Origin: Balanoglossus misakiensis
Taxonomy: Eukaryota; Animalia; Hemichordata
Assembly: GCA_040954595.2 (NCBI GenBank)
Contig: CM082587.2
Location: 11,289,403 to 11,353,402 of the forward strand
Direction of reading: 5' to 3'
Length of the DNA: 64,000 nt
Shown: piece by piece, positions 62,101 through 64,000 of the stretch
How the letters are laid out: each line of letters begins with the position of its first letter
Position numbering within the stretch: position 1 is the stretch's first letter
Notes under the pieces: model-generated
Databases searched by the model: none
The model's input: only the letters and a program-made list of their open reading frames with translations
What the model was told of the DNA's origin: nothing
Made by a program: the position numbers and the translations under genes

Positions 62101-64000
62101 CCGAAAATGAAGAAAAGAGTTTATTTTTTATGATTTTTTAAAAATGTACCATTTTGTCAAAATATGGCCAAAATGGCTATTTTTTCTTGAATTCCGTCAA
62201 TATCTCTGCATTTTTGGAGTGGTCGAAAGTTTTAACATACAATCATCATTTCATATATGATCAGGGCACCAAATTCGATGAACAAAGGTTTTTTTATGTT
62301 TTTTTTTCTAAAAATGACATTTTCAAGGAAAATTTGGTAAAACGCAATTTTGTCTGCAGTGAGCCAAATTAGACGGTCTTTTGTGGAATTTGTATCGATA
62401 TATACATACGAAGAGCATTCTATACTCCATCAGATTTCCGAAAATGTAGAAAACAGGTATTTTTTGTAATTTTCAAAAATTTACCATTTTGACCAAATTG
62501 TGGCTAAAATTGTTATTTTCGTGTTGAATGCCGCCAGTGTCACTGCTTTTAAAAGTCATGAAAACTTTTAACATACAAGCAATTGTTTATATATGATCAG
62601 GTCACCGAATTAAAAAAATAAAGAATGGTTTGACTAAAAATGACCTTTTTGGTGCAAAAACGAATAAAACGCAATTTTGTATTAAATCAGCTCATTCAGA
62701 GTTCATTTTTTATAATCAGCACCATTTTTACATATAATGGAAATTTCATACATCATCAGATATCCAAATATGAAAAAATGATTTAGATTTTAGATGATTG
62801 TCCAAAATTAGCTGATATCTAATAAATGTAGTATTGAACCGTTCTGTCCCCCCCCCCCTACATTATATGCGGTACGCCGATGTCAGCTTACCCGGCAGTA
62901 CTGTAGGCCGTGCCCCCAACTAACGTCGGTGTTTGAAACGCCCTGGTTAAATTCGGGCTTTCTCTATAAATTGACAGGCAATAATGCAGTCCTACCCGAA
63001 CAAATGTCGAGTGTTGACCCGCTGTGACTTTCCCTCTTCGGTTTGCCCGACTTAGCCAACGTCTTTGTACTAGAGTGTCGGGTCTTTTGCAGAGCCAGGC
63101 CGAAGGAAATCCGACTTGATCACCGTTGCTAACGAACGCTAGTGTCTGTCATGGTGTGCCGGGGTTTTAGTCGAGCCAGGCCGTAGGAGACCTGACTTGA
63201 TCATCGTGGTCAATGTACGCGTGTTTCCGCTCTAAAGTGCCGGGGCTTCAGCTAAACCAAGCCGTAGGAAATCCGACGTAATCACCGTTGATAACTTACG
63301 CCAGTGTGTGTCATATAGAGCCGGTGCACCAGCCGAGTCACGCCATAGGAAATCTGACTTGATCAACGTGGTCAATGTACGCCTGTTTCTGCTCTAGAGT
63401 GCCGGGGCTTCAGCTGATCCAGGCCGTAGGAAACCCGACGTGATTACCGTTGTTAACTTACGCCAGTCTGTGTCCCATATATAGTGCCGGGGCATCAGCC
63501 GTGCCAGGCCGAAGGAAATGTGAGTAGATCAATGTGGTCTCTGTACGCGTGTTTCTGCTCTAGAGTGCCAGGGCTTTAGCCAAGCCATGCCGTAGGAAAT
63601 CTCACTTGATCAACGTTGCTAACGAACGCTAGTGTCTGTCATAGTGTGCCGGGGTTTTAGTCGAGCCAAGCCGTAGGAGATCAGACTTGATCAACGTGGT
63701 CTCTGTACGCGTGTTTCTGCTCTAGATTGCCGGGGCTTTATCCAAGCCATGCCGTAGAAAATCTGACTTGATCACCGTTGCTAACGTACGCTAGTGTCTG
63801 TCATATTGTGACGGAGATTTAGCCGAGCCAGGCCGTAGAAAAATCGACTTGTTCAACGTTACCAGTGTGCAACTGTTTCTGCTCTAGAGTGTCAGGGTTT
63901 TAGCCGACTTATGCTGTAGGAAATCTGAGTTGATGAACGGGAATTCAATGTTAGAAAACCCGTGTGGAAAGTATCTCTACCCGTTTGAAACTAAGAAAAG
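47109..64000. repeat. ~2.05-kb tandem satellite, ~8.2 units, continuing beyond the window
   Basis: Marker ORF recurs at 47374, 49425, 51652, 53708, 55765, 57814, 59864, 61913 (periods 2051, 2227, 2056, 2057, 2049, 2050, 2049). Confidence 0.98.

Noticed and set aside
47109-64000. Short ORFs repeated in every satellite unit, and 81 bp = 27-codon coding repeat
   Set aside because: Stops in all frames and frame-breaking homopolymer indels between units.

Overview
Eukaryotic (AT-rich, intron-containing; most likely marine invertebrate) heterochromatin-type window. The backbone is a ~2.05-kb tandem satellite (about eleven ~81-bp GC-richer monomers plus an AT-rich block with a ~335-bp internal duplication) occupying 1-5547, 34830-36118 and 47109-64000. 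It is interrupted by two composite insertions. Insertion 1 (5548-34829, ~29 kb) is bracketed by same-orientation 31-32-bp minisatellites sharing AGGGCAGAGAATWAGTACCCC and holds two divergent spliced genes that I assembled by hand: a minus-strand 10-exon gene for a ~830-aa protein with a ParB/Srx-like domain and a C-terminal degenerate beta-class amino-DNA-methyltransferase-like fold, and a plus-strand 12-exon DDE/DDD transposase-like gene (DGMDQ / QLDNCxRENKN / FLPVGHTHEDIDQ motifs) ending in a Tudor/SH3-like domain. A near-intact DIRS retrotransposon, a CR1/L2-type LINE and small hairpin MITEs are nested in it. Insertion 2 (36119-47108) is a TE pile: a non-autonomous split-direct-repeat (Ngaro/PAT-like) element, a U2 snRNA 5' end interrupted by a Keno-like Tx1 LINE, a Penelope element and a TIR element with subterminal repeats. 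All family assignments come from motif recognition by eye; no database search was run.
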